Source of the DNA: an uncultured OCS116 cluster bacterium
GTDB taxonomy: Bacteria > Pseudomonadota > Alphaproteobacteria > Rhizobiales > TMED25
NCBI GenBank assembly: GCA_902632055.1
Contig: CACPAS010000004.1
Coordinates: 1 to 57,919 of the forward strand
Direction: 5' to 3'
Length of the DNA stretch: 57,919 nucleotides
Shown one piece after another: positions 1 through 12,045 of this stretch. The notes under the pieces were generated by a model, which worked only from the letters and a program-made list of their open reading frames with translations, had not been told where the DNA came from and did no database searches. A program made the position numbers and the translations under genes. Numbering within the stretch: the stretch's first letter is position 1; each line of letters begins with the position of its first letter.

Positions 1-2
1 TT

Positions 3-155
3 TCTGGTAAAAAAGATGTACCCGGTCGACCGCTTGTATACAAAACCACAAAAAAATTTCTTTTAGATTTTAACCTTGGTGATATAAATGATTTACCAAA
101 TCTAAATGAGCTTAAACGTGAGGGGCTGCTCTCGGGATATGAAGATAATTCATGA
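3..155 (+). CDS. scpB: SMC-Scp complex subunit ScpB, 3' end (truncated by window edge)
   Basis: Manual translation gives [37 protein letters not shown]..., matching the ScpB C-terminal GRP-x2-Y-x-TT-x2-FL...DLP motif. Stop TGA at 153-155. Confidence 0.85.
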   Translation, partial: SGKKDVPGRPLVYKTTKKFLLDFNLGDINDLPNLNELKREGLLSGYEDNS

Positions 156-171
156 ATGGATAAGATAGGCC

Positions 172-1227
172 ATGAAAAAAATTGTAAACTATTTATGCGA
201 ACCTAGATTGCGTATTAATTCTATATCATGGAAAATTGGTAATAAAAAAATACTTGATGACATCTCATTCAGCTTGTTTCCAGGAGAGGTCCTCTGCTTA
301 TTAGGTGACTCCGGCTGCGGTAAGACATCGCTATTAAGAATTATAAGTGGTCTGGATAAACAGGATAGCGGTGAAATTCACATCAATGAAGAAACTATTT
401 CTTCAATTAATCTGAATATTCCGCCAGAGTCTAGACCTGTTAGTCTAATCTTCCAAGATTACGCATTATTTCCGCATTTGACCGTGTACCAGAATGTAGC
501 ATATGGACTTAAGGATCTAAATAAACGGCAAAAGAAATTTAAAATTAATAAAATCTTATCGGATCTTGGTTTAATTCAATATTCAGAAAAATATCCCCAT
601 GAATTATCGGGTGGAGAACAGCAGAGGGTAGCTCTCGCAAGAGCAACTGCACCAGAGCCAATAATACTTCTAATGGATGAGCCTTTTTCAGGCTTGGACA
701 GGTCACTACGAGAATACATTCGAGAAGAAACGATCTCTGTTCTGAGGAATAGCGAGTCTGCTGTTATCCTAGTTACGCATGATCCCGAAGAAGCTATGCT
801 GATGGGTGATAGAATTGCCTTAATGAAAGATGGTAAAATAATACAGATTGGATCTAATGATGAATTAATTTTTCAACCCGTAAATGATTACACAGTTAGT
901 ACATTTTCCAATGTTAACACCTATAATACTAGAGTTCAGTCTAACAAAGTCAAAACCCCACTTGGGGAATTCGAAGCCTCAGATATAGAGGATGGTAACG
1001 AAGTGAAAGTTCTTATCAGAGATCAAGCTTTTGATCTTACATCACCGTCAAAAAAAAATTGCTACATTGTAAAACAAATTGATTTTACAGGCGAAAAAAC
1101 ACGAATCCAACTAACTCCAAGAGACTCAGGTGATATTATAAAAATAACTGTTTCAGGTGTATCATCGGTAAAAATTAATGATAATATTGGTCTAACTGTA
1201 GATGAACGGTTTGTTCATATTTTTTAA
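172..1227 (+). CDS. ABC transporter ATP-binding protein, FbpC/PotA (Fe3+/polyamine) type
   Basis: Walker A GDSGCGKT, FQDYALFPHL, signature LSGGEQQR, Walker B LLMDEP, TOBE-like C-terminus. Confidence 0.85.
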   Translation: MKKIVNYLCEPRLRINSISWKIGNKKILDDISFSLFPGEVLCLLGDSGCGKTSLLRIISGLDKQDSGEIHINEETISSINLNIPPESRPVSLIFQDYALFPHLTVYQNVAYGLKDLNKRQKKFKINKILSDLGLIQYSEKYPHELSGGEQQRVALARATAPEPIILLMDEPFSGLDRSLREYIREETISVLRNSESAVILVTHDPEEAMLMGDRIALMKDGKIIQIGSNDELIFQPVNDYTVSTFSNVNTYNTRVQSNKVKTPLGEFEASDIEDGNEVKVLIRDQAFDLTSPSKKNCYIVKQIDFTGEKTRIQLTPRDSGDIIKITVSGVSSVKINDNIGLTVDERFVHIF

Positions 1228-1242
1228 AAAGGGAAATTTAAA

Positions 1243-2067
1243 TTGAATTCAGTAAAAATAGGAAATCTAAAAATATCGAATAAGGGTCCTTTGGTTTTTA
1301 TTGCAGGTCCATGTGCTATGGAGTCAAGGGCGCATTCTTTGTCAATGGCACGTAGTTTAAAGGAAATATCAAATGAACTTGATGTTGGTCTTATATTTAA
1401 AAGTTCCTTTGATAAAGCAAATAGAACAAGTATAAAATCAAAAAGAGGCGTTGGCTTGAATGAGTCGTTAGATATATTTGCCGAAATAAGAAAAGAAACA
1501 GGTTTACCAATATTAACTGATGTACACGAACCACAACAATGTAGCATAATCAAAGACTATGTCGATATAATACAAATACCTGCATTTCTAGCGAGGCAAA
1601 CTGATCTAATTTTGGCAGCGGCAAGAACACAAAAACCTATTAATATAAAAAAATCACAATTTATGTCACCTTGGGATATTCAGTATTCGGCAGAAAAAAT
1701 ACTTAATCAATCTAATAAAAATATATGCTTGACTGAAAGAGGGTATTGTTTTGGTTACAATAATCTTGTTGTAGATTTTCGTTCTATTGAAATTATGAAA
1801 AAACTTAATTTCCCAATAATTTTTGACGCTACTCACTCTGTACAATTACCGGGTGGTGGCGAGACAAGTGGTGGTCAAAAAGAATTCATAGATTCGCTAT
1901 CAACTGCAGCAGTTTCAATCGGTATCTCAGCAATTTTTGCCGAAGTTCATGACAAACCTGAGTTGGCCATATCAGACGGAGATAATCAGCTTAATTTGGA
2001 TGAATTCTGCCGGCTTGTGAAAAAATTGAAAGAATTTGATAAATTTAAAAAAAAATTAGAGGGCTAA
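1243..2067 (+). CDS. kdsA: KDO 8-phosphate synthase
   Basis: IAGPC, KSSFDKANRTS, QIPAFLARQTDL and DATHSVQ motifs; next to eno. Confidence 0.95.
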   Translation: MNSVKIGNLKISNKGPLVFIAGPCAMESRAHSLSMARSLKEISNELDVGLIFKSSFDKANRTSIKSKRGVGLNESLDIFAEIRKETGLPILTDVHEPQQCSIIKDYVDIIQIPAFLARQTDLILAAARTQKPINIKKSQFMSPWDIQYSAEKILNQSNKNICLTERGYCFGYNNLVVDFRSIEIMKKLNFPIIFDATHSVQLPGGGETSGGQKEFIDSLSTAAVSIGISAIFAEVHDKPELAISDGDNQLNLDEFCRLVKKLKEFDKFKKKLEG

Positions 2068-2082
2068 AATTTAGGTAATAAT

Positions 2083-3363
2083 ATGACTAAAATTACGAAG
2101 ATTGTGGGTCGTGAAATTCTGGATAGTAGAGGAAACCCAACGGTTGAGGCCGATGTTTATTTAAATAATAGTATAATATCGCGCTATTCCGTTCCATCAG
2201 GAGCATCTACAGGTGTGCATGAGGCTGTTGAATTGAGGGATGGTGGTAATAGATATAACGGTATGGGCGTAACAAAAGCTGTAAATAACATAAACACAGA
2301 GATCAATGACTGTCTAATTGGGCTAAGTCCAACTAATCAGTCTAATATCGATCAAATATTGATTGATTTAGATAATACTAAAAACAAAAGTAGACTTGGT
2401 GCAAACGCAATGCTGGCTGTATCAATTGCAGTTGCAAAAGCGGCTTCGATTGCTGAAAATAAAAAACTTTATGAGTATTTGTCAGGAACCCAAGATTTTA
2501 AATTGCCTGTCCCAATGATGAATATTTTAAATGGTGGAGCTCATGCCGATAACCCAATTAATATACAAGAGTTTATGATAATCCCTGCTAATTTTAACAC
2601 GTTTCATGAGTCTTTAAGAGCTGGGGCTGAGGTGTTTAGATCTTTGAAAGAAAATCTCAAATCAAAATCACTAGGTACATCGGTTGGCGACGAAGGTGGC
2701 TTTGCACCAAATCTTGCCAATACAAAAGATGCTGTCGAAATTATTATCAAGTCTATTTCAGATGCTGGATATAGCATCGAGAAAGATATTTTTCTTGCGT
2801 TAGATGCCGCTTCTAGTGAGTTTTTTAAAAACGATAGGTATCAAATTGAACCAGGTAGGGATCCCGAAACAGTTGAGGGGATGATTAATTTTTACGGTTC
2901 ACTAATTAGAGATTATCCAATTATATCAATAGAAGATGCAATGTCTGAAGATGATTGGGATGGCTGGGAAAAATTAACGAACGCAATAGGAAGCAAGTGC
3001 CAGTTAGTAGGGGATGATTTATTTGTAACCAATGAGCAAAGACTCAAAAGAGGTATAGATGCCGGTATCGCGAATTCAATATTGGTAAAAGTAAACCAAA
3101 TAGGAACTCTATCGGAAACTCTAAAAACAATAGAGATTGCAAAGAGCCACGATTATTCCTGTGTTATATCGCATAGATCCGGGGAAACCGAAGATACTAC
3201 TATTGCTGATTTATCAGTATCAACAAATGCAGGTCAGATAAAAACTGGTTCTTTATCACGTTCTGATCGGACAGCAAAATATAATCAATTACTGAGAATT
3301 GAAGAAGAACTTGGTGGCAGGGGTTATTTTCCGGGCAAGGGTGAATTCAGTAAATATATTTAA
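2083..3363 (+). CDS. eno: Enolase
   Basis: [50 protein letters not shown]. Confidence 0.99.
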   Translation: MTKITKIVGREILDSRGNPTVEADVYLNNSIISRYSVPSGASTGVHEAVELRDGGNRYNGMGVTKAVNNINTEINDCLIGLSPTNQSNIDQILIDLDNTKNKSRLGANAMLAVSIAVAKAASIAENKKLYEYLSGTQDFKLPVPMMNILNGGAHADNPINIQEFMIIPANFNTFHESLRAGAEVFRSLKENLKSKSLGTSVGDEGGFAPNLANTKDAVEIIIKSISDAGYSIEKDIFLALDAASSEFFKNDRYQIEPGRDPETVEGMINFYGSLIRDYPIISIEDAMSEDDWDGWEKLTNAIGSKCQLVGDDLFVTNEQRLKRGIDAGIANSILVKVNQIGTLSETLKTIEIAKSHDYSCVISHRSGETEDTTIADLSVSTNAGQIKTGSLSRSDRTAKYNQLLRIEEELGGRGYFPGKGEFSKYI

Positions 3364-3397
3364 TTAAATATTAAATTTTATCTAATATAAAAATCGA

Positions 3398-3700
3398 ATG
3401 TTTTTTATTAGATTCAAGAGATATATATCCTATCTTTTTTTGCCATTATTATTAACTCTTTTTCTTGGTTATATTTCATATCATACTTTTATCGGGGACT
3501 CTGGTTTGAACAAGAACTCAGTTCTAAAAGATGAGTTAAGCAATTTACAACTTGAGTTGGTTGAAATAAGGAATAATAGACTTGAAATAGAAAAGCATAT
3601 ATCACTACTAGAAAAAAATATAGACGCAGACATGTTGCAGGAAAAGGCCAAAAAGATTCTATATTACGCACATCCAGATGAAATTATCATTATAAAATGA
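3398..3700 (+). CDS. ftsB: Septum formation initiator (FtsB/DivIC family)
   Basis: One TM helix, G-D-x-G, a coiled coil and a C-terminal D-x-D-x-L-x-E-x-A...L...P-x-E; follows eno. Confidence 0.8.
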   Translation: MFFIRFKRYISYLFLPLLLTLFLGYISYHTFIGDSGLNKNSVLKDELSNLQLELVEIRNNRLEIEKHISLLEKNIDADMLQEKAKKILYYAHPDEIIIIK

Positions 3701-3797
3701 TTTAATTAACAAAATTCGAACGATCATTCTATTTTTCGCCTATTTTATATATTTGCAGTAATTATATATATATAATAATGATGTAAAGTAATTTTTT

Positions 3798-4784
3798 ATG
3801 ACTAATAAAACAAAAAAAACCAATACCATATCAAAATCTGATTCTATAGAAGCATATAAAAAGATGCTTCTTATACGAAGGTTTGAGGAAAAAGCTGGAC
3901 AGTCATATGGTCTAGGGCATATAGGTGGTTTCTGCCACTTGTATATTGGACAAGAGGCTGTTGTAGTTGGACTACAGATGTGTATTGGTGATGGTGATCA
4001 AGTTATTACTACATACAGGGATCATGGACATATGCTTGCTTGCGGCATGAATCCTGATGGAGTAATGGCAGAATTATATGGACGTGCAGATGGCTACTCG
4101 AAAGGAAAAGGGGGGTCAATGCATATGTTTTCTAAAGATTCTAATTTTTATGGCGGGCACGGTATAGTAGGTGCCTCTGTTCCACTAGGAACGGGTTTAG
4201 CATTCTCTAATAAGTATAAAAAAAATAAGGCTGTTACACTTACTTATTTTGGTGATGGAGCAGCAAATCAGGGTCAAGTTTATGAAAGTTTTAATATGGC
4301 TAAATTATGGGAGTTACCCTGTATTTATGTAATTGAAAATAATAGGTACGCAATGGGTACTTCGGTGCAAAGGTCATCCGCGCAGAAAGATCTATCACAA
4401 AGAGGAATAAGTTTTGGTATTGAAGGTGAACAAGTTGATGGAATGGATATAGAGTCTGTAATTGCAGCTGGTAAAAAAGCAGTAACAAAAGTGCGAAATA
4501 ATGGAGGTCCATACATACTTGAAATGCTGACATACAGATATAGAGGGCATTCAATGTCTGATCCAGCGCAATACAGATCACGTGATGAGGTCAAGGAAGT
4601 TAGGGATCAGTCCGACCCCATCGAAAGTCTAAAAAATAAAATTATTCAAAATGACTATCTTACAGAAGAGCAACTTCAAGAATTAAATGCTGACATTAAG
4701 AAAACAGTCGATCAATCAACTCAGTTTGCTACAGAAAGCCCATTGCCTGATGAATCTGAACTTTATATCGACGTTTATCAATAG
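3798..4784 (+). CDS. pdhA: Pyruvate dehydrogenase E1 alpha
   Basis: [21 protein letters not shown] motif GDGAANQGQ...[14 protein letters not shown]. Confidence 0.97.
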   Translation: MTNKTKKTNTISKSDSIEAYKKMLLIRRFEEKAGQSYGLGHIGGFCHLYIGQEAVVVGLQMCIGDGDQVITTYRDHGHMLACGMNPDGVMAELYGRADGYSKGKGGSMHMFSKDSNFYGGHGIVGASVPLGTGLAFSNKYKKNKAVTLTYFGDGAANQGQVYESFNMAKLWELPCIYVIENNRYAMGTSVQRSSAQKDLSQRGISFGIEGEQVDGMDIESVIAAGKKAVTKVRNNGGPYILEMLTYRYRGHSMSDPAQYRSRDEVKEVRDQSDPIESLKNKIIQNDYLTEEQLQELNADIKKTVDQSTQFATESPLPDESELYIDVYQ

Positions 4785-4789
4785 GTTTA

Positions 4790-6109
4790 GTGATGAAAAC
4801 TGAAATTTATATGCCTGCTATGTCGCCAAGTATGACAGAAGGTACATTGACAAAATGGCTAGTTAAGATTGGTGATCAACTCAAAATTGGGGATCCTATT
4901 GCTGAAATAGAAACTGATAAGGCAACTATGGAAGTTGAAAGTCAAATTGAGGGTGTTATGTCAGAGTTCTTAGTTGAGAATGGGCAGGATCAAATTGCTA
5001 TAAAAACTCCAATTGCAATTATCGAAACAACAAATAGTACAGAAAAGCTCAAAGGTAAGTTATTCACAAACACTATAGATGATCAACCTAAGAAAAAGTC
5101 TACAAAAGGTCCTTACATTGACCAGGATAAAAGATTAGACAAGATTACTGTTCGTGAGGCTATCAGAGATGCCATAGCTGAAGAAATGCGAATAGACAAG
5201 AATGTATTTGTAATGGGTGAAGAGGTGGCCGAATATCAGGGTGCCTATAAGGTAACCCAGGGTTTACTTCAGGAGTTCGGTGCCGCAAGAGTAATAGATA
5301 CCCCAATTACTGAAAATGGCTTCGCAGGACTTGCAATAGGTGCATCTTTTTCTGGACTAAAACCTGTAGTGGAATTCATGACGTTTAATTTTTCACTTCA
5401 GGCAATGGATCATATAATAAATTCTGCAGCAAAAACTCTTTATATGGGTGGTGGTCAATTAAACTGCCCCATAGTGTTTCGCGGTCCGAATGGGGCAGCA
5501 GCTCGTGTTGCAGCGCAACATAGCCAGGATTTGACAGCATGGTTTTCTCATATACCAGGATTAAAAGTTATATCACCATTTACCGCGAGCGATCATAAAG
5601 GATTACTCAAGGCAGCTATCAGAGACCCAAACCCCGTTATTTTTCTTGAAAATGAAATTTTGTATTCAGAGCAAGAATCATTACAGGAGCTTAATGAAGA
5701 AATAATTCCGATTGGTAAAGCTAAAATACTGAGGGAAGGAAATGATATCACTCTAATATCCCATTCAATTTCTTTGAAAATGTGCCTAGAGGTATCAAAA
5801 AAATTAGAAAAAAGAAATATTAGCTGTGAAGTTCTTGATCTTAGAACTATTAGGCCATTAGATATTAACACAATCATAAACTCAATTAAGAAAACGAATA
5901 AATGTGTTGTTGTAGAGCAGGGATGGTCACAATCTGGTGTATCATCAGAGATTATATCTGTTATAATGGAGAACGCATTTGACTGGCTCGATGCTCCTGT
6001 TTTACGCCTTACAGGTAAAGATGTGCCTATGCCATACGCAGAGAATTTAGAAAAATTAGCATTGCCATCAGAATATGAGCTGATCAAGATTATTGAAAGT
6101 TTAGTTTAA
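4790..6109 (+). CDS. pdhB: Pyruvate dehydrogenase E1 beta with N-terminal lipoyl domain
   Basis: Lipoyl motif IETDKATME, then [19 protein letters not shown] and AAQHSQ. Confidence 0.96.
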   Translation: MMKTEIYMPAMSPSMTEGTLTKWLVKIGDQLKIGDPIAEIETDKATMEVESQIEGVMSEFLVENGQDQIAIKTPIAIIETTNSTEKLKGKLFTNTIDDQPKKKSTKGPYIDQDKRLDKITVREAIRDAIAEEMRIDKNVFVMGEEVAEYQGAYKVTQGLLQEFGAARVIDTPITENGFAGLAIGASFSGLKPVVEFMTFNFSLQAMDHIINSAAKTLYMGGGQLNCPIVFRGPNGAAARVAAQHSQDLTAWFSHIPGLKVISPFTASDHKGLLKAAIRDPNPVIFLENEILYSEQESLQELNEEIIPIGKAKILREGNDITLISHSISLKMCLEVSKKLEKRNISCEVLDLRTIRPLDINTIINSIKKTNKCVVVEQGWSQSGVSSEIISVIMENAFDWLDAPVLRLTGKDVPMPYAENLEKLALPSEYELIKIIESLV

Positions 6110-6122
6110 TGAGGAGTTACTA

Positions 6123-7466
6123 ATGTCAATAACAATTTATATGCCAGCATTATCACCGACAATGGAGATGGGAAACATTGTTAAATGGCACAAGGCAGAA
6201 GGTGACCAAATATCATCGGGGGATATAATTGCGGAAATCGAAACCGATAAAGCCGTTATGGAATTCGAGTCTGCTGACGATGGCATTTTAGGTAAAATAC
6301 TTGTTGCCGAAGGTTCTGTTGACGTTAAAGTGAATGAACCAATTGCTATAATACTAGAATCTGAAAACGATACTTTAGATGATAGTGGTACGAATAATAC
6401 TGAAATAAAAACAACGGATGATGTTGAGCAATCCGCTAATGATTTAAGTAACGATACGATTAACGACACAGAATTAAGTAAGGAAATTAATGCGTCAGAA
6501 GATGAGATAGATGATGGTAGTAGGATTTTTATAAGCCCTTTAGCAAAACGAATTGCAGACGATAAAGGAATAAGTCTCGCGAAGGTTCGTGGGACTGGAC
6601 CTAATGGTCGAATACTAAAGAAAGATGTTGAGTCTTACATACCAGAAACAAATGCATCCAAACCTGTAAAATCTCTTCTGGATACAAAAATTGAAGAAGG
6701 TGTAGAGTTGGAGAGCGGGGTAAAGCTTGAAGATGTCAGTACCGCAATAAATCATTCAGTTATTGATACATCTAATAATGAGAAATATATCGAAAAGCCA
6801 ATAGATACAATGCGTTCTGTGATCGCAGAGAGACTCCAGCAGTCAAGTTCAACGATACCCTCATATACATTAAATATCGATGTAAGTATCAGGAGTCTGA
6901 ACGAAATAAGAAAAAGAATGAATGACGATCTGCCGGAGGGCACAAGATTATCCTTCAATCACTTTCTTATAAAGATAACATCAATGGCGATGATAAATAC
7001 ACCTGAGGTGAACTCATCATGGGAAGGTGATAAAATATTTTCTTATAAATCCACGGATATCGGTATGGCTGTTGCAATAGAGAATGGTCTAATTACACCA
7101 ATTATAAGAGATGTTGAAAATAAAGGACTTCTAGCAATTAGCGAAGAGACCAATGATCTTATCACACGGGCCCGTGAAAAAAAGTTAACCCCCGCAGAAT
7201 ATCAAGGGGGAGCTATATCTATTTCAAACCTCGGTTCGTATGGAATAAAAAGTTTCACTTCAATCATTAATCCACCACAAGCCTCAATACTATCAATTGG
7301 TGCACCTCGTAAAGCCCCTGTTATAGTCGATGATGCAGTGAATATTGATGAACTAATTTCAATCACACTTACTGCTGATCATAGATTGATTGATGGGGCC
7401 GTTGGCGCCAAATTTCTTGCGTATATGAAGCAATTAATTGAAAACCCAAATTTGTTGTTATTATAA
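6123..7466 (+). CDS. pdhC: Pyruvate dehydrogenase E2 dihydrolipoamide acetyltransferase
   Basis: Lipoyl ETDKA, E3-binding SPLAKR...GTGPNGRI, catalytic DHRLIDG. Confidence 0.96.
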   Translation: MSITIYMPALSPTMEMGNIVKWHKAEGDQISSGDIIAEIETDKAVMEFESADDGILGKILVAEGSVDVKVNEPIAIILESENDTLDDSGTNNTEIKTTDDVEQSANDLSNDTINDTELSKEINASEDEIDDGSRIFISPLAKRIADDKGISLAKVRGTGPNGRILKKDVESYIPETNASKPVKSLLDTKIEEGVELESGVKLEDVSTAINHSVIDTSNNEKYIEKPIDTMRSVIAERLQQSSSTIPSYTLNIDVSIRSLNEIRKRMNDDLPEGTRLSFNHFLIKITSMAMINTPEVNSSWEGDKIFSYKSTDIGMAVAIENGLITPIIRDVENKGLLAISEETNDLITRAREKKLTPAEYQGGAISISNLGSYGIKSFTSIINPPQASILSIGAPRKAPVIVDDAVNIDELISITLTADHRLIDGAVGAKFLAYMKQLIENPNLLLL

Positions 7467-7488
7467 ATTATTGTATGGAAAAAATTTA

Positions 7489-8886
7489 ATGGAATTAAAA
7501 TACGACGTTACTATTATTGGTTCTGGTCCCGGTGGCTATGTTGCAGCAATTCGTTCTGCACAATTAGGGCATAAGACGGCAATAATTGAAAAAGATAAAC
7601 TAGGTGGTATTTGTCTAAATTGGGGTTGTATACCGACAAAAGCACTTTTAAAATCCTCTGAAGTTTACACTACAATGAAAAAATCTGATTACTATGGAAT
7701 CACTGCAAAAAACGTAAGTTTCGACTTTGATAAAATAATAGATAGATCTCGAGGTGTTGCCGCTTCACTCTCAGATGGAATTGGCTACCTATTAAAAAAA
7801 AATAATATCGATTTAATTATTGGGAGTGGGCAAATTTTAGATAAGAATAATATCAAAGTTGAAACTGAAAAAAAACAAACAATTATCTCGTCAAAAAATA
7901 TTATTATTTCAACTGGCGCACGCCCAAAGGAATTGCCAGGTATAAAATTCAATGAGGATATTTGGTCATACAAACAAGCAATGGTACCAGATAAAATTCC
8001 GAACTCAATACTTGTAATTGGTTCAGGCGCCATTGGAATTGAATTTGCAAACTTTTATAATGCAATCGGGACCACTGTAGATGTTGTAGAACTTGCAGAT
8101 AAAATTCTGCCGAGCGAAGATGCGGAGGTATCTGAATATGCAAAAGCTGAGTTTGAAAAACAAGGTATAAACTTTCACTTGACTTCTCATGTGGATACAA
8201 TAACAAAAAATAAGGGTAAATTGAATATTGAGCTGGTCAATAACGAGAATAGTAAACGAGCTAATCTTAAAGCTGATAAAATTATAATGGCGGTTGGTAT
8301 AACTGGTAATATTGAGAATATTGGGTTGGAAGAAAATGGTATAAATACAATTGATGGTCATATTGAAACAACTGAGTCAATGCAAACAAATATTAGAAAT
8401 ATATATGCTATAGGAGATGTTGCAGGTGCACCATGGTTAGCTCACAAGGCTTCTCACGAAGGTGTCATTGCCGTAGAGCATTTATCAGGAATGGATACTC
8501 ACCCAATTGAAAAAAGTAACATACCAGGTTGCGTATATTCTTCTCCACAAATTGCATCAATCGGATTATCTGAGTACGATGCAAGAAATAAGTATGGAGA
8601 TGTAAAGGTTGGTAAATTTCCTTTAATTGCAAATGGTAAGGCAAAAGCAATTTCAAATGATACTGGATTTGTAAAAGTAATATACGAGAGCGCTACAGGT
8701 GAATTACTTGGCGCCCATATGATTGGAGATAGCGTTACTGAGTTAATTCATGGTTACGCAATTGCAAAAAATATGGAAGGCACAGAAGAAGATATTATAA
8801 ATACGATATTTCCACACCCAACAATTTCAGAGTCATTGCATGAAGCCGTTCTTAGCGCATACGATATTCCAATTCATTATAAGTAA
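7489..8886 (+). CDS. lpdA: Dihydrolipoamide dehydrogenase E3
   Basis: [26 protein letters not shown]. Start moved to ATG 7489 (MELKYDV). Confidence 0.96.
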   Translation: MELKYDVTIIGSGPGGYVAAIRSAQLGHKTAIIEKDKLGGICLNWGCIPTKALLKSSEVYTTMKKSDYYGITAKNVSFDFDKIIDRSRGVAASLSDGIGYLLKKNNIDLIIGSGQILDKNNIKVETEKKQTIISSKNIIISTGARPKELPGIKFNEDIWSYKQAMVPDKIPNSILVIGSGAIGIEFANFYNAIGTTVDVVELADKILPSEDAEVSEYAKAEFEKQGINFHLTSHVDTITKNKGKLNIELVNNENSKRANLKADKIIMAVGITGNIENIGLEENGINTIDGHIETTESMQTNIRNIYAIGDVAGAPWLAHKASHEGVIAVEHLSGMDTHPIEKSNIPGCVYSSPQIASIGLSEYDARNKYGDVKVGKFPLIANGKAKAISNDTGFVKVIYESATGELLGAHMIGDSVTELIHGYAIAKNMEGTEEDIINTIFPHPTISESLHEAVLSAYDIPIHYK

Positions 8887-8888
8887 TC

Positions 8889-9830
8889 ATGGTAAATATA
8901 ATAAATAAATTTAGTCAGCCAGATAAATTACGTCACCCACAATTTCGTAATAAATCTGAAAATCCAAGTGGGAAAAAACCACCTTGGATTAAGGTTAGGT
9001 ATAAGAATTCTCTGAACTACCTTGAAACTAATGATATAATAAAAGAAAATAATCTGGTAACCGTTTGCCAAGAAGCTGCCTGTCCCAACATATCAGACTG
9101 TTGGGATAAAAAGCATGCTACCTTTATGATATTGGGTGATACCTGCACACGTGCATGTTCTTTTTGTAATGTAAAAACAGGAAAGCCGGATCCAATTGAT
9201 AAGAATGAGGCCCTATCGGTTGCAAATGCGGTAAAAAAAATGAGTCTTAGGCACGTTGTAATAACATCGGTCGACAGAGATGATTTGGTAGATGGTGGTG
9301 CTAGTCATTTTGTTGATGTTATAAGCAATATAAGAGAAATATCTCCATCTACCACTATAGAGATTTTAACGCCGGATTTTCTGAGAAAAGATGGTGCATT
9401 GGATATTTTAATGGAAGAAAAGCCAGATGTTTTTAATCACAATCTAGAGACGGTTCCGTCCATGTATTTAAATATCCGTCCTGGCGCCAGATATTTTCAC
9501 TCTCTAAATTTATTAAAAGAAGTAAAAAATAGGGATAATTCAATATTTACAAAATCAGGTATAATGGTCGGTCTCGGCGAAAAAAGGGAAGAGGTTTTAC
9601 AGGTTATGGATGATATGATTTCCGCAAATGTTGACTTCATCACAATTGGACAGTATTTACAGCCAACAATTAAACATGCAAAAGTAATGGAGTATGTACA
9701 CCCTGATATCTTTGAGAGCTATGCGTCAATTGCAAAATCAAAAGGTTTTAAGATGGTCTCTGCTAGTCCATTTACACGTTCATCTTTTCATGCAGATGAG
9801 GATTTTATCAAGCTCAAGAATGCAAAATAA
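8889..9830 (+). CDS. lipA: Lipoyl synthase
   Basis: [13 protein letters not shown], radical [12 protein letters not shown]-terminal RSS. Confidence 0.97.
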   Translation: MVNIINKFSQPDKLRHPQFRNKSENPSGKKPPWIKVRYKNSLNYLETNDIIKENNLVTVCQEAACPNISDCWDKKHATFMILGDTCTRACSFCNVKTGKPDPIDKNEALSVANAVKKMSLRHVVITSVDRDDLVDGGASHFVDVISNIREISPSTTIEILTPDFLRKDGALDILMEEKPDVFNHNLETVPSMYLNIRPGARYFHSLNLLKEVKNRDNSIFTKSGIMVGLGEKREEVLQVMDDMISANVDFITIGQYLQPTIKHAKVMEYVHPDIFESYASIAKSKGFKMVSASPFTRSSFHADEDFIKLKNAK

Positions 9831-10275
9831 TTTGAAGTCAAAAAAACTTACAAGAAGGATTGAGTACAGTGCTGATGATATGTACAGTTTAGTTGCGGAT
9901 GTTGAAAAATACCCATTTTTTGTACCGGCTTGTAAGTCACTAGAAGTTTTAAAGAAAAGTAAGGATGGAAATCTTGTACGAATAGACGCCGTTATGGAGG
10001 TAGGGTATGGCTTTTTGAATGAATTTTTCACGTCCCATATTACATTGAATGAGGAAAAGTTCACGATTGAAGTTATTAATAACGACGGTCCATTTCGAAG
10101 ACTCAATAACTACTGGCAATTTAATGATACTGAAAGTGGATCAGAAATTATATTTGAGATTGATTTTATTGCAAAAAATTCATTCACAGGAAAGATTATT
10201 AATCTGATGTTTGAAAGAGTATTTAGTAAATATATTTATGCCTTCGAGAACAGGGCAAATGAGCTTTATAACTGA
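9820..10275 (+). CDS. Coq10/RatA START-domain protein
   Basis: [36 protein letters not shown]. Start moved to ATG 9820; usual position after lipA. Confidence 0.88.
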   Translation: MQNNLKSKKLTRRIEYSADDMYSLVADVEKYPFFVPACKSLEVLKKSKDGNLVRIDAVMEVGYGFLNEFFTSHITLNEEKFTIEVINNDGPFRRLNNYWQFNDTESGSEIIFEIDFIAKNSFTGKIINLMFERVFSKYIYAFENRANELYN

Positions 10276-10757
10276 TTAACTAAATCATATGCGATCTGGA
10301 ATGCCTCAATGGATGTATTTAGTCTAACGTTATCTCTTCCAATTTCACCAAACTTATATTCTTTGCAAACCATTTTTTTACCAAAAGATACTGCAATATA
10401 GACAAGACCTACCTCTTTTTGTGTGTCATCACTTTTTGGTCCTGCAATGCCAGAAACCGCAATAGATATGTCTATATCCGGGTGCAGGGATATTAAATTT
10501 GATGACATTTGTGAGCATACCTCTCTACTGACGGCACCATACGCCACTAAATCTTTGGAATTAACTTTTAATAGATCAATCTTTGACTGATTTGAATATG
10601 TTACATAACCTAGTTCATATACATCTGAGGAACCAGAAACTGAGGTTATAGTTGATGATATAAGACCGCCTGTACATGATTCAGCTGTGCCTATTTTTAG
10701 CTTTTGATTTTTGCATTTATCTATTAGGTCTATGGCAGATTTTTGTAATTTTTTCAT
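10266..10757 (-). CDS. cinA: CinA/PncC family NMN deamidase
   Basis: TAESCTGGLI, VTYSNQSK, SGIAGP. Confidence 0.92.
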   Translation of the reverse strand: MKKLQKSAIDLIDKCKNQKLKIGTAESCTGGLISSTITSVSGSSDVYELGYVTYSNQSKIDLLKVNSKDLVAYGAVSREVCSQMSSNLISLHPDIDISIAVSGIAGPKSDDTQKEVGLVYIAVSFGKKMVCKEYKFGEIGRDNVRLNTSIEAFQIAYDLVNQL

Positions 10758-11932
10758 TTCTTAACCGATATATTTACGATTGTTTGTACAGCAATTCCTT
10801 CTTTTCTTCCAGCAAAACCTAATTTTTCTGTTGTTGTTGCTTTTAAACCAATCATGCTCGCGTCAATACTCAATAATACTGAAAGTTTTTCTTTTATAGC
10901 TTCTTTTCGCGCGTTAATATTTGGCTCCTCACAAATGACGATAATGTCAACATTCATTATTTTTCCACCAAAATCATTTAATTTTTTTAGGGAGTGATCA
11001 AGGAATATTTTTGAGTCAGCATTCTTCCATTGTTTGTTTTCGGGATTAAAGTGTGAACCAATGTCATCGGATCCGATGGACCCATAAATTGCGTCAGTTA
11101 TAGAATGCAAACCGACATCGGCGTCAGAATGGCCCTCTAATGATTTACTGAAGGGTATATCAATGCCAAATAGCCGAAGTTTATCACCTTCACCGAACTT
11201 ATGCACATCAAAACCAATGCCAATTCTAGAATATTGCGACATATTTACACTTTCTATTCGGAAACGATTATAGTCATCGAATACGGTTATCTTATAGTTT
11301 TTCGGGCTGTCTAGAAAAGCATTTATTCTTAAACCTGATATTTCTGCCACTTGAGCATCATCTGTAATTTGATTAGTGCTAATGTTAAGCATGTCTAAGT
11401 TTTCATAAGCTTCATATATTGACTTAAATCTAAAAAATTGCGGTGTTTGAGATTCAACTAAGTTTGATCTATCTAGCGTTTGAAATTTTTTATTTTCGAA
11501 TTTCTTTATTGTATTTGTAGCCTCTATTATCGGTATTGCACCATCAAATCCCTTTGCAAACTCAACAAGTTTTTTTAATAATTTAATTGCAAAGTTTGGT
11601 CTTGCAGCATCATGAATAAAAACATGGGTCACCTTTGTTGGTTTCAGATATTCTAAGCCTCTCTGAACAGACTTCAGCCTTGTAGTGGAACCAGGAATTG
11701 TTGTGATTTTACCTTTATATTTATCTTTTCTAATTATTTTTTGTACATATTCGGAATGACCAGGGTTGATTGTAACAACTATATTTTCAATAAAATCTAG
11801 TTCTATAAATTTATCTATTGAATACTCAATAATAGTTTTCCCGTTAACATTTAAATACTGTTTTGGAGTGGGGTCATCATTTTGAAACCTAGCGCCATCA
11901 CCGGCAGCACAAATTATTACTGATATTCTCAT
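10754..11932 (-). CDS. ispDF: Bifunctional IspD/IspF
   Basis: AAGDGARF...PKQY, HDAARP and TDD (IspD); GFDVH, GHSDADV and KATTTE (IspF). Confidence 0.95.
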   Translation of the reverse strand: MRISVIICAAGDGARFQNDDPTPKQYLNVNGKTIIEYSIDKFIELDFIENIVVTINPGHSEYVQKIIRKDKYKGKITTIPGSTTRLKSVQRGLEYLKPTKVTHVFIHDAARPNFAIKLLKKLVEFAKGFDGAIPIIEATNTIKKFENKKFQTLDRSNLVESQTPQFFRFKSIYEAYENLDMLNISTNQITDDAQVAEISGLRINAFLDSPKNYKITVFDDYNRFRIESVNMSQYSRIGIGFDVHKFGEGDKLRLFGIDIPFSKSLEGHSDADVGLHSITDAIYGSIGSDDIGSHFNPENKQWKNADSKIFLDHSLKKLNDFGGKIMNVDIIVICEEPNINARKEAIKEKLSVLLSIDASMIGLKATTTEKLGFAGRKEGIAVQTIVNISVKK

Positions 11933-11972
11933 AAGAAATTATTGCAAAATTTAAATAAATTATTTATAAATA

Positions 11973-12017
11973 TGATTAATATTTAGTCATAAGTTTTTTA
12001 TGCCCTTTTTTTAATCA
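11973..12017. promoter_or_regulatory. Two putative NtrC-type binding sites upstream of ntrB
   Basis: 17-bp dyads TGATT-N7-AGTCA (11973-11989) and TGCCC-N7-AATCA (12001-12017) have the TGCAC-N7-GTGCA layout and lie in the ispDF/ntrB divergent spacer. Confidence 0.45.
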
Positions 12018-12045
12018 ATACAACTACATTATTTATAGCATAAAA

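Noticed and set aside
4790-5040. Lipoyl domain fused to PdhB
   Set aside because: Normal architecture for alphaproteobacterial E1 beta.
10754-11932. IspD-IspF fusion
   Set aside because: Common in alphaproteobacteria.
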